A DNA stretch of 64,000 nt, taken from positions 192,001 to 256,000 of the forward strand of contig CAXXDV010000003.1 of the NCBI GenBank assembly GCA_963674745.2, in the 5' to 3' direction. The notes under the pieces are model-generated. The model worked only from the letters and a program-made list of their open reading frames with translations, made no database searches and was not told where the DNA came from. The stretch comes from Desulfosudaceae bacterium. GTDB taxonomy: Bacteria > Desulfobacterota > Desulfobacteria > Desulfobacterales > Desulfosudaceae. A program made the translations under genes and the position numbers. This document shows positions 38,883-48,254 of this stretch, one piece after another; position 1 is the first letter of the stretch, and every line of letters starts with the position of its first letter.

Positions 38883-41386
38883 TGAGTTTATTAAAGATGA
38901 AAAAAATCAAGTTGCGCTGTCCGGTGTTTTCGGCCGCCCCTTTTAAAATCGTACCGGGGGCCACATTTTTATTTCTGGTTTTGTTTTTTGCGGTCACCGG
39001 TGCTCAGGCATACCAGGCCGCCGCCATTCCCTGGTCGGGATACTGGTGGCCGGTAACTCGCGGCGGACTGGCTACCGGCAGCGATTACCGGGGGCACCCG
39101 GCACCCCTGGAAAAATACCATCTTTACACGGACGGTGTCACCACCGGTTATGCCCTGACCCAGTACCTGGATATCGCCTATGATCCCTACGCCTCGGCCT
39201 GGTATGGATTCTGCCTGCACTGGGCCCGGGCGGCCTGTTTTGAGCCCGGCGATATTCTGCCCTCTTCGAACGATAATATTATTTTCCGGGTAGGGGATAA
39301 AAAAGGGCTCCTGACCCTGGCCCACCACAAAGACATTGTCGAGACGGACAACGGTTCCTATCCCGAATCCTTTCATTACTGGCTTTTGCATTATATCAAG
39401 GACCAGAAAAAAGCCTTTACCGCCGATCTTTTTGCCGGTACTGAGGTCTGGTCCTACCCGATTTACAAATACGAGATGCAGATCACCGGCGGGGGCGCCA
39501 CCCAGTCGGTGTATGTAAAAATCTATTATGCCGATGATTTTGTCTTCCCTGACTTTATGGGAACACAGGAACGGTCCACTTTCTACACCTACGATCTGTT
39601 TCTGGACGGAAGCGGGGCCATCACCGGCGGTCAGTGGACCGGCAACAGCATTACCGACCATCCGGAAAACATGAGTATCCCGCTGGGGGTGGGTGAGGGC
39701 TTTCCCGGACTGGATTATCAACAGGTCGTTAAACTGGCCACATCGAAAGATGATTTTCTGGAAGACGGCAGCCGGCCGGTTGAAATCGGCCCGGGAACCT
39801 ACAATCTGATCCTGCTTGATGAAGATGCTTACCGGTTTCCAGTTCAAGTCGACGATGTCATTTCCCTGCGGATAGACAAGCAGTCCGGAAGCGCGCAGGA
39901 TATCAGTGCGGTGATGATGGATGGCAATGGTGCCGAGGTTTTTCGTAACGATATTACCGAGGACAATCCCGTCGATCAATTGTTTACCGCAACAACACCG
40001 CCCTACACCGTTTATCTTACCCAGGCCGAAGCCTACACCACGGACCCGAACATTTACACCCTGGCCCTGGATCTTCAAAAGCCGTTCAGCCAGGAAATTC
40101 CCTACATTCCCAAATCAGGTGGCTGGTCCGGGTTTGCGCTGACCAATCCGACCGACACCACGGTAAAAAATGTGATTCTGGTCAGCAGCGATGCCGACGG
40201 CGTGCCGATCCAGACACTGGAGGGGCCGCTTTCGTTGGCGCCGGGAGAGAAAAAACGATTTTTCTTCAGCGATTATGATGTGCCCATGCATGAACTGATT
40301 GATACCGAGCGGCTGACCCTGATGGCGGATGGATCTGTGGTGCTGCTTAATCTGGTCGGAGAAGGAGATGATTTTTTGGCCACTTTTGTACAGGGAAAGG
40401 CCCGGGGGAATCGGTTGGTCCTTCCGGATACCGCCCCTGCCATGATGCCGGGTGTGCGCATGTTCGGAGGGGTTAAAAATGAACGTTTCCAGGAAACCGC
40501 GGTAAAGATCAGCCTTTATACGGCGGCAGGTGCGCTGGCCGACGAAGTGATCCAGAATGTGGCGCCTCGCGGGTACCTGACCATTAAACCGGGTTCTGAT
40601 CCGTTTTATAGTATGCCGTCATCCGGTTGGATGGAAATTCAGGCGGGCGCTGAGGCCAGCCTGAACGGGTTTCAATACCTGTCCAACGCTTCGGGCGTGG
40701 AAACCCTTTTTGCCCTTCCGGTAAATTCGGCAACAAAAATTGTGCCCCACATCGCGAAAAAAGGGTACTGGGTAACGTCGGTTACCCTGATCAACCCGAA
40801 TAACACAGACAATGCTGTTAACCTGCACCTGGCTTTGGCCGGTGGAGACACAAGCGGCGATTACGATATTGTGCTGGCCCCTTATGAAAAACGGGTGTTG
40901 GAGATTCAGGATCTGTTCGGAAAATCAACGGGTGATCCGCTTTATCATTCGATTCTGGAAATTACCGGTGAACAACCGTTGGCCGGTTATTATGCTTACA
41001 ACCGGCCGGATATCGGCGATTATGCCGCCTTCCCCCTGCTGGATGAGAGCGATTTTGCCGAAGTGCTGGACATGCCGCATTACGCGGGAAACAACGGCGG
41101 CTTCTGGTGGACCGGTGTCGTGGTCTGTAACCCCTCTACCATTTCTCAAACGGTACGCGTGGAACCGTATAATGCTGAAGGCGAGCTGATACAGGGGGCG
41201 GTCAAAACGCTCGATCTCAACGCCGGTGCCTATGACGTCATGGACGTGCAGTTGTATTTTGGTGGAACCGCGCCTGAGATATCTTTTATCAAACTTCGCG
41301 CCACCGGGGGGGCAGGCAGTATCGGCGGTTTTTATCTGTATGGCAACCGCAGAAACAGAAATATTCTCAGCGGCGCCAATATGTGA
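38879..41386 (+). CDS. Secreted protein: GP42/transglutaminase-elicitor-like domain, PPC-like linker, four beta-rich repeats
   Basis: Signal peptide AQA|Y; ordered motifs PWSGYWWP, PLEKY, WYGFCLHWARAA..EP, F..GDKKGLL, P..FH, D...EVWSYP...Y, YTY.L.LD..G.ITGG.W...HP match the recalled GP42-type transglutaminase pattern; C-terminal P[YH]...W.[ST]....NP repeats. Confidence 0.7.
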   Translation: MMSLLKMKKIKLRCPVFSAAPFKIVPGATFLFLVLFFAVTGAQAYQAAAIPWSGYWWPVTRGGLATGSDYRGHPAPLEKYHLYTDGVTTGYALTQYLDIAYDPYASAWYGFCLHWARAACFEPGDILPSSNDNIIFRVGDKKGLLTLAHHKDIVETDNGSYPESFHYWLLHYIKDQKKAFTADLFAGTEVWSYPIYKYEMQITGGGATQSVYVKIYYADDFVFPDFMGTQERSTFYTYDLFLDGSGAITGGQWTGNSITDHPENMSIPLGVGEGFPGLDYQQVVKLATSKDDFLEDGSRPVEIGPGTYNLILLDEDAYRFPVQVDDVISLRIDKQSGSAQDISAVMMDGNGAEVFRNDITEDNPVDQLFTATTPPYTVYLTQAEAYTTDPNIYTLALDLQKPFSQEIPYIPKSGGWSGFALTNPTDTTVKNVILVSSDADGVPIQTLEGPLSLAPGEKKRFFFSDYDVPMHELIDTERLTLMADGSVVLLNLVGEGDDFLATFVQGKARGNRLVLPDTAPAMMPGVRMFGGVKNERFQETAVKISLYTAAGALADEVIQNVAPRGYLTIKPGSDPFYSMPSSGWMEIQAGAEASLNGFQYLSNASGVETLFALPVNSATKIVPHIAKKGYWVTSVTLINPNNTDNAVNLHLALAGGDTSGDYDIVLAPYEKRVLEIQDLFGKSTGDPLYHSILEITGEQPLAGYYAYNRPDIGDYAAFPLLDESDFAEVLDMPHYAGNNGGFWWTGVVVCNPSTISQTVRVEPYNAEGELIQGAVKTLDLNAGAYDVMDVQLYFGGTAPEISFIKLRATGGAGSIGGFYLYGNRRNRNILSGANM

Positions 41387-41392
41387 TAAGAC

Positions 41393-41824
41393 CTATTCGT
41401 CGATAAGGGTGGCTTCCGGATGAATATTCACATACCAGGCGCCTTTTTCCTTGACCCATTGCTGGTTATGGGGCGCGCGTTTTAATTCATATCCCATAAA
41501 CATAATGTCGATCCTGACCCTTACTTTGGCTTTATCACCTTCGGGAAGCACGTTTATTTCATCTACCTCAAAGCCGGTGTAAATCGCCTTGCGGGTCTGG
41601 TGGATAAATTGGTCCCGTTGAACCTTTTCCCGGGATGAGGCGTTTAAAAATGAATAGGCGGTATTCCATTGCTGGTCTACCTGGGCCTGCATGTAGCCTT
41701 TGACACGGTCTTCGAGGGAGGCTTTCTTGTCGGCGCTTCTGGACGATAATGCGGCGCATCCGGTTATCAGGAACAGCATCAGGCAGACAGAAAGGGCCGA
41801 CAGTGTTATTCTGGTTTTTTTCAC
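41393..41824 (-). CDS. Small lipoprotein, possibly NTF2-like fold
   Basis: Lipobox ITG|C; L..RV..Y......W..AY.FL and C-terminal WVKE.G.WY pattern; RBS GAGGAG. Confidence 0.75.
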   Translation of the reverse strand: MKKTRITLSALSVCLMLFLITGCAALSSRSADKKASLEDRVKGYMQAQVDQQWNTAYSFLNASSREKVQRDQFIHQTRKAIYTGFEVDEINVLPEGDKAKVRVRIDIMFMGYELKRAPHNQQWVKEKGAWYVNIHPEATLIDE

Positions 41825-41836
41825 GGTACTTCTCCT

Positions 41837-42949
41837 CTATTGATTGTGTTGTTTCTGGTATTGCTCCATAAATTCTTCCGGACTCATCTGCAGGCCATTT
41901 ATCAGTTCCTGTTGTGCTTTTGCTTCTTTTCTCTCAAGCACTTTCTTGTGCTTCTCAACCAGAACGGCCATCTCCTGATCGTCGGCAAATGAGCGATCAA
42001 GGGTAATGGGTTTGCTTTTGCTGATCAGCATTTTTCCGTTACTGTCAAGCATGACCGTCAGCCTGCCCAGGGCCATGCCTTTGGGGCCGGAATAGAGTAA
42101 AACAGGGCCCTCTGAAGGTGTTTCATTTATATCCGTGTCATGGTTGGCATCACTCGAACCGCATCCAGGTGAATGCATTTTGCCGGATTCGGCACTTTTC
42201 GCAAGGAATTCTCTGCAACCGGCGGTAATGGACACGTCGATACCTTTGACCGACTTGAAAAGGCTCAGCATTTCGGAAGTGCTGAGTTGAGACAACAAAA
42301 TGACCAGGTCAGCCTGCTTTTTGACTTCCGGCACCAGTTTGTTCAGGGCTTCTGCGGGCGGAGTTGCCTGCAGTTGTTTTTTCTGCTCTTGTGTCAGGAA
42401 ATCGGGCAGTTTGTCCGGATCAACAATGCCAAGAACGGCCATTTTAATGCCGCCGACGTCTTTGATGATGTATTTACGAGCCCAGGAAGGGCTGCTGCCG
42501 TTGTATTTCAGGTTGGAGGCAATAAAGGGAAAGGATATGGCAGACTGGTTTTTTTCGAGGATTTCAGGTCCGAACTGTAGTTCCAGAACACCAAAATTCA
42601 AAGCATCGTACTTCATTGATGTCATGGCCTTTAACATGAATTCGGATGTGTCTTGACGAAGATCCAGTTCTTTACTCTTCTCACTGAAGGCTTCTCCACA
42701 ATCCAGCAGCAGCACCGGAAGGCCTTCGTCCCGAATGGCCGCGATTGCCTGGGCACGGCGGGCAAGACCGCCCGCGAAATTGTTCCCTCAGGTATGAATC
42801 GGGTCAAGGTTTCCCCTGGCCGCTCCGGTGAAAAGAATGGTGGCGCGTTTTTCTTCTCCGGCAAAAGCGGGTGGCAGGGAAAGAACGCTGCACAGAATGA
42901 ATATGGACAATGAAAGAATGATCGGTTTCATATAAATCTTTTGAAACAT
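41837..42949 (-). CDS. UshA-like selenoprotein, 370 aa, Sec54, exported, degenerate metallophosphoesterase fold
   Basis: RBS AAAGGAG and ATG 42949; signal peptide (AFA|G); ILFTGAARGNLDPIHT, in-frame TGA (42790-42788), then GNNFAGGLARR...LLLDCGEAF continuing in frame into track ORF 41837..42715; SECIS-like hairpin 12 nt after the UGA. Confidence 0.85.
42758..42775 (-). other. Bacterial SECIS-like hairpin
   Basis: Minus strand UGA-GGGAACAAUUUC-GCGGGC GGUCUU GCCCGC; perfect 6-bp GC stem with an apical GGUCU like the E. coli fdhF SECIS loop. Confidence 0.8.
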
Positions 42950-43160
42950 GTTTGGTCTCCTTTAAAGCGTAATTTATGTTCTGTGTTTATACCACATCAG
43001 TTGATCGTCCGCAATTTTTTTGATGGGTGATACACTGCTGCATACCTGAAAAAGAACGGTGTAAAACGAACCTGATCAGGCACCTGGTCATGGATTCCTG
43101 TGTAACCGCAAATGAGGCTCCGGCCCAGCATCCGGAGATAAGCCGTGGTTAAATTGAACT

Positions 43161-43189
43161 TTTTTATATCCTGAGAAGGCATCTGTCAA
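43161..43189 (-). promoter_or_regulatory. Candidate sigma70 promoter of the selenoprotein-lipoprotein operon
   Basis: Minus strand TTGACA-N17-TAAAAA, about 210 nt upstream of the ATG. Confidence 0.4.
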
Positions 43190-43234
43190 GTCTTTTCATA
43201 TATAATTCGTAGGGAATAGCTATTAATGACTACT

Positions 43235-43290
43235 GTGGTTAAGTGATTATGTGTTTAAGTGGTTATGTAGGGGCACGGCGTGCCGTGCCC
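43235..43290 (+). repeat. 8-nt periodic tract followed by a single GTAG-type REP of a second family
   Basis: GTGGTTAA GTGATTAT GTGTTTAA GTGGTTAT, then GTAGGGGCACGGCGTGCCGTGCCC (43267-43290). Confidence 0.75.
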
Positions 43291-43491
43291 GATTGTGATC
43301 AGGTTTTAAAGTTTTAGCGTTTTAGGGTGACTCGGGTTTGGGGTGATGCCTTCTCCGTCCGGCCCTGATTTACCTTGACTTCCGGATGATCGAATGATTA
43401 AATTGCAGGTTTAAAGAATGGACAATAATGTCGAGCGGTTGGCAACGGTCTTGTCGCAACCGCATATCCGGTTACCACGGACAGTAACGCA

Positions 43492-44283
43492 ATGAAAACA
43501 CCGGTTGATTCAAATCAAAGGGATTGGCGTTATCTGACGGATCTGATCCTTCAGAAAGCCAGGGCCGGGCTGCGGGCTGAAGCTTCCCGGGGCTACCTGG
43601 GGGTGTTGTGGTGGGTGATCGAACCGGTCATGTATATGACGGTGTTTTATGTTGCTTTTGCCCACCTGTTGAAACGGGGGGATGAGAATTTTGTCATATT
43701 TCTGCTGACCGGCCTGATCGTATGGAAATGGTTCCACGCCACCATTAATACCGGCTCTAAGAGCCTTATGGCCAGCGCGGGGCTGATGAACCAGATCTAT
43801 GTGCCCAAGATTATTTTTCCATTGACCAATGTCGCTGTAAACACCTTTAAATTTTTTCTTATTCTGCTTATTCTGCTGGTCGTTCTTCAGTTTACGCCCG
43901 CCCGGGTGACATGGGCCTGGTTGTTGCTGCCGGTGCTGGTCTTCACGCAACTGTTGCTGATTGCCGCCCTGAGCAGTTTGCTGGCGGCTGTTATGCCTTT
44001 TTTCCCGGATTTAAAAGTCATTATCGACAATGTCCTGATGATGCTCCTCTTTCTTTCCGGCATTTTTTTTGATATCGCCAAACTGCCCGAAAAGATACAG
44101 GGGTATTTGTTGCTTAATCCCATGGCGGCGCTTATTGCCATGTACCGAAAAATGCTGCTCAAGGGAATGCCGCCGGACTGGGGACAGGTTTTATGGATAC
44201 TGGTGCTTTCCACGATCATTATGATGCTGGCGGTATGGGTTTTACGTCGGTATGACCGGATTTATCCCAAAATTATTTTTTAA
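43492..44283 (+). CDS. wzm: ABC-2 polysaccharide export permease
   Basis: LG.LWWVIEP, multiple TM segments, F.SGIFF, LNPMA..I..YR. Confidence 0.92.
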   Translation: MKTPVDSNQRDWRYLTDLILQKARAGLRAEASRGYLGVLWWVIEPVMYMTVFYVAFAHLLKRGDENFVIFLLTGLIVWKWFHATINTGSKSLMASAGLMNQIYVPKIIFPLTNVAVNTFKFFLILLILLVVLQFTPARVTWAWLLLPVLVFTQLLLIAALSSLLAAVMPFFPDLKVIIDNVLMMLLFLSGIFFDIAKLPEKIQGYLLLNPMAALIAMYRKMLLKGMPPDWGQVLWILVLSTIIMMLAVWVLRRYDRIYPKIIF

Positions 44284-44291
44284 GTGAAAGA

Positions 44292-45029
44292 TTGATGACT
44301 TCACATATGTCGCCAGAACCGACGATTGTCGACGATACCGTACTGTTGAGACTGGAGAATGTCGGGCTGTATTACAGCCGGCGCCAGGGGTTTTTGAAAC
44401 GGTCGCTTTTCTGGGCGCTTAAGGATGTCTCTTTTGATCTGTGTGCCGGCGAAACCCTGGGGGTAATCGGAAAGAACGGGGTCGGCAAGAGCACGTTGCT
44501 GCGGGTACTGGCCGGTATCATCGCCCCGGACACCGGAAAGGTGGTGATCCATCGTCCGGGATTGAGAATTTCACTCATTTCCCTGGGGGCCGGTTTTGTG
44601 CCGTTTTTAAGCGGTCGTGAGAATGCCATTTTAAATGGTATGATGCTGGGTGCCACCAGGAAAGAAATTCTTTCACGCATGGACGATATCCTGGATTTTT
44701 CAGAGTTGGGCGATTTTTTTGATGAGCCGGTCAACACGTATTCCACCGGTATGCGCGCCCGCCTGGGATTTTCAGTTGCCCTTCACCTTGACCCGGACGT
44801 GATCCTTTTGGACGAGGTGCTGGGGGTGGGCGATGAGTCTTTCCGGAAAAAATCAACCGAAGCCATGAAACAGCGGATCAAATCCGATAAGACGGTCGTG
44901 ATGGTGTCCCACCACGTACCGATTTTAAGGGAACTTTGCGACCGTATTGTCTGGATCGAGGCCGGTAAAACCAGGGCCCAGGGTGCCGCAACGGAGGTTC
45001 TGGATGCCTATCTTGAAAATATTGGATAA
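44292..45029 (+). CDS. wzt: Polysaccharide export ATPase without a C-terminal binding module
   Basis: FWALKDVSF, GKNGVGKST, LSGREN, YSTGMRARLGFS, LDEVLGVGD; ends at 245 aa. Confidence 0.93.
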   Translation: MMTSHMSPEPTIVDDTVLLRLENVGLYYSRRQGFLKRSLFWALKDVSFDLCAGETLGVIGKNGVGKSTLLRVLAGIIAPDTGKVVIHRPGLRISLISLGAGFVPFLSGRENAILNGMMLGATRKEILSRMDDILDFSELGDFFDEPVNTYSTGMRARLGFSVALHLDPDVILLDEVLGVGDESFRKKSTEAMKQRIKSDKTVVMVSHHVPILRELCDRIVWIEAGKTRAQGAATEVLDAYLENIG

Positions 45030-45159
45030 CCAGGGCGAATGTCGTGTGTCAGAACCTGTCGCCGTCGGCGCGGGTGGGGGGCGCCCGAAGGGGAATAATA
45101 CGCATAAATAATGATATATTGAACGGTAACGTGAAGAAAATGAAAGGCCCTGCGAAAAG

Positions 45160-47331
45160 ATGTTGAACAAGGCGGATAATGAATCGAATAATACGCCGGC
45201 GGCGGAATTGACCCGCATGGAACAAAATTCATTGAAACGAAAATTTATCAATGCGGTCAAACTCCGGCTTGCCCCGTATCCCCGTGTTTTTGCATGGGTA
45301 TTACGAGCCTATATTTTTGTCATAGAGACATCAAGGCGATTTGGTCGCAATATAGGGTATCTGGACCTGTCGTCAGCTGTTTCGGGTCATACCAGGCAGC
45401 ATCTCACGGGCAATAAAGGCCTGGTCCAGGTCACCGCCACGGAAGATGGCAATATGGTGATGCCCCTGCCGGCCTATGAAGCCCAATACGAAGAGCGGCA
45501 GACGTTCGGCATGCAGACGGATATCAAGCTCATTGCCTATTACCTGCCCCAGTTTCACGCCATACCTGAAAATGACGAATGGTGGGGCGAAGGCTTCACC
45601 GAATGGCACAACACGCGTAAAGCCAAACCCGCCTTTGCCGGACACTATCAGCCGCGGGAACCCCATGATGATATCGGCTATTACGACTTGAGTGATGTCG
45701 AAAGCATCAGAAAACAGGTCGATCTGGCCAAAAGTTACGGCATATATGGTTTCTGTTTTTACCATTACTGGTTTCACGGCACGCGGCTGCTGGGAAAACC
45801 GGTCGATCTGCTGTTGAACAATCCCGATCTGGACATGCCCTTCTGCCTCTGCTGGGCCAATGAAACATGGAGCCGGAAATGGGATGGAAAAGACGAGCAG
45901 ATTCTGATCAAGCAGACCTTTTCCGCCGAAGATGACCTGGAATTTATCGAATTTCTGGCCCCTTATTTCCGTGATCACCGGTACATCCGGGTCAACGGAA
46001 GGGCTGTGCTGCTTGTCTATCGCGCCAGTAAGCTGCCCAATCCTTTGAAAACCACCAATCGCTGGCGCAAATGGTGCTGGGACAACGGGCTTGGAAAAAT
46101 CCATCTGGTGGCGGTCTGTCATGGAGAGGTGTTTCCCCATATCCCCCTGGAAAAGATCGGGTTTGACGCTTATGCCGCCTTTCCCCCGCACAGTTTCCCC
46201 TGTCAGCATCTGTCCGAAGAGCATGAACTGTTCGACGGTGGTTACCGTTTTGACTATGCTTCAGGTGTGGATTATTTCTGCCCGGAAAATAACGGGACCC
46301 GGATTTATGAAGGCTGTATGCTCGGCTGGGATAACACGGCCCGGATGGGGACGCGCGGTGTGACCATGTTTCAGAATTTTTCGGTTAAAACATATTATAC
46401 CTGGCTTCGTCGCATCATTGAGTATACGCGAAACAGATTCCCTGAAGACGAACGCCTGGTGTTTATCAATGCCTGGAACGAATGGGCCGAAGGCACCTAC
46501 CTGGAACCGGACAAACGCTACGGTTATGTTTATCTGAATACAACGGCCAAGGCACTGTATGATTATCCGCTGAGTGACCCGGATGAATCCGGTGAAAATC
46601 ATGATCATGATTCTGCGGAAAAGTATACACAGGAATACAAGTGGTTGAAATACATGATCGAAAACACCGATGATCATTCGTTTTCCATTATAAACCGGTT
46701 TATTGACAACGACGCGGATGTACTGGAATTCGGTTCCGCGGCCGGCTATTTCACCCGCTACTTGACCGAGGAACGCAATGCTGCGGTGGATATTGTGGAA
46801 ATAGACAGCGATTGCGCCGCCAAGGCGGCTGTATACGCTCGTGATTCCTACATCGGGGACATAGAGCAGTATGGATGGAAAGACGCTTTTTCGGAAAAGC
46901 GTTATGACTATATTCTCTTTTCCGATGTACTTGAACATCTGCGGGATCCCTGGCGGACGCTGAAGGAATCCGTGGGCATGCTCAAGCCCGGTGGCCGGAT
47001 CATTTTATCCGTGCCCAACATTGCCCATACGCAGATCCTGTCCAGCTTATATAACAATGATTTTTCCTATTCCGACGTCGGTATTATGGACAGGACCCAC
47101 CTTCGTTTTTTTACCGAAGCCACCCTTCGGGAATTGATTGATGAGGCCGGCCTGAACGCCGGTGAGGTGGTTCCGGTAGAGGCCCCGGTGTTGCCGAAAA
47201 ACTGCGGCACACGCTGGAATAAAATATATGTGCCGGCCAGGCTGTGGGAAGCACTCGCCTCCAAAGAACACGCCAATGCCATTCAATTTGTGGCATGTTG
47301 CCAGAAGGAAGATCACGATGGTGACAAATAA
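45160..47331 (+). CDS. WbsX/GH99-like domain fused to a class I SAM methyltransferase
   Basis: IAYYLPQFH...ENDEWWG.GFTEW, GYYDL, FC.YHYWF, CWANE.W, GWDNT.R, INAWNEWAEG.YLEPD; then VLEFGS..G, DVLEHL.DP, LKPGG.I..SVPN, D.THLRFFT. Confidence 0.88.
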   Translation: MLNKADNESNNTPAAELTRMEQNSLKRKFINAVKLRLAPYPRVFAWVLRAYIFVIETSRRFGRNIGYLDLSSAVSGHTRQHLTGNKGLVQVTATEDGNMVMPLPAYEAQYEERQTFGMQTDIKLIAYYLPQFHAIPENDEWWGEGFTEWHNTRKAKPAFAGHYQPREPHDDIGYYDLSDVESIRKQVDLAKSYGIYGFCFYHYWFHGTRLLGKPVDLLLNNPDLDMPFCLCWANETWSRKWDGKDEQILIKQTFSAEDDLEFIEFLAPYFRDHRYIRVNGRAVLLVYRASKLPNPLKTTNRWRKWCWDNGLGKIHLVAVCHGEVFPHIPLEKIGFDAYAAFPPHSFPCQHLSEEHELFDGGYRFDYASGVDYFCPENNGTRIYEGCMLGWDNTARMGTRGVTMFQNFSVKTYYTWLRRIIEYTRNRFPEDERLVFINAWNEWAEGTYLEPDKRYGYVYLNTTAKALYDYPLSDPDESGENHDHDSAEKYTQEYKWLKYMIENTDDHSFSIINRFIDNDADVLEFGSAAGYFTRYLTEERNAAVDIVEIDSDCAAKAAVYARDSYIGDIEQYGWKDAFSEKRYDYILFSDVLEHLRDPWRTLKESVGMLKPGGRIILSVPNIAHTQILSSLYNNDFSYSDVGIMDRTHLRFFTEATLRELIDEAGLNAGEVVPVEAPVLPKNCGTRWNKIYVPARLWEALASKEHANAIQFVACCQKEDHDGDK

Positions 47332-48115
47332 AGCAAAAGTGACGCGCGAACTGCACTGGGAAAATGACAATATCTTTAAAATAGATGACGTGACTTTTGT
47401 TGTGGAAGCGGGAGACGGGTTATACAATGCAATCTCCGAAGAACAGACATTTGTTATCGGCAAGTCCCGCCGTCAGCTGGAAACGATCCAGGGATTGGAC
47501 TTTCGTAACCCGGTTAAACGGGTTTTTGACCTGGGTATTTACAAGGGCGGCAGTGTCATGTTTTATCACAAACTGTTTTCCCCGGAAAAGATTGTCGCCG
47601 TTGATATTGACAACAAGCCGGTTGAACCCCTGGATGCTTATATCAGCGCCAACGGGCTCGACCGTACAATCCGTACCTATTATGGCGTGGACCAGTCAGA
47701 CCCGGACGCGATGGGGGAAATCCTGCGGAAAGAGACGGAAGGACAGTTTTTCGACCTGGTGGTGGACGATGCTTCCCATTTGCTCAAAGAGACCCGGGCG
47801 TCTTTTAATATGCTCTTGCCCCATGTCGCGCCCGGTGGATACTATATCATTGAAGACTGGGGCTGGGCGCATTGGGAAGGCGAACACTGGCAGGGGAAAG
47901 GTGGCCCCTGGCCGAATGAGCCGCCTTTGTCCAACCTGGTTTTTGAGTTGACCATGCTGCTGGCTTCACGCCCGTTCGTCGTCGAGTCCATTTTTCTGTT
48001 GCCGGCTTATGCCGTAATAAAACGGGGAACGGAAGCACTTGACCGCAAGTCGGGGCAATTCGATATTTCAAACAGCTGTCTGAATCGCGGCAAACAGGTG
48101 CAGTTCCTCGATTGA
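47318..48115 (+). CDS. Class I SAM-dependent methyltransferase (CmcI/Methyltransf_24-like)
   Basis: DLGIYKGGS, VDQSD, FDLVVDDASH, PGGYYIIEDW; probable start ATG 47318 after GAAGGA. Confidence 0.8.
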   Translation: MVTNKAKVTRELHWENDNIFKIDDVTFVVEAGDGLYNAISEEQTFVIGKSRRQLETIQGLDFRNPVKRVFDLGIYKGGSVMFYHKLFSPEKIVAVDIDNKPVEPLDAYISANGLDRTIRTYYGVDQSDPDAMGEILRKETEGQFFDLVVDDASHLLKETRASFNMLLPHVAPGGYYIIEDWGWAHWEGEHWQGKGGPWPNEPPLSNLVFELTMLLASRPFVVESIFLLPAYAVIKRGTEALDRKSGQFDISNSCLNRGKQVQFLD

Positions 48116-48132
48116 CCGTTCCTGAAAATGTT

Positions 48133-48162
48133 GTAGGGGCAGGCCCCCGTGCCTGCCCGGCA
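48133..48162 (+). repeat. Left half of a B-type REP doublet
   Basis: GTAGGGGCAGGCCCCCGTGCCTGCCCGGCA, identical to 34661-34690. Confidence 0.9.
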
Positions 48163-48254
48163 GAAGGAGTCAGGGGCTGGGGGTCAAATCAGCTCGTGAA
48201 ATATCCGGGTTAAAGCAGAGCAACCGTTTTGGCGAAAGCGCCGGGCGGGCAAGG

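Noticed and set aside
37020..40078. Long antisense ORFs (37020-37862, 38969-40078; likewise 25656-26606, 27297-28247, 62395-63651)
   Set aside because: They lie opposite well-supported genes, as expected from codon bias, and show no family motifs.
41837..42949. Pseudogene reading of the UshA-like gene
   Set aside because: The single TGA is followed by a SECIS-like hairpin at the expected spacing and both parts are otherwise intact, so selenocysteine is the better explanation.
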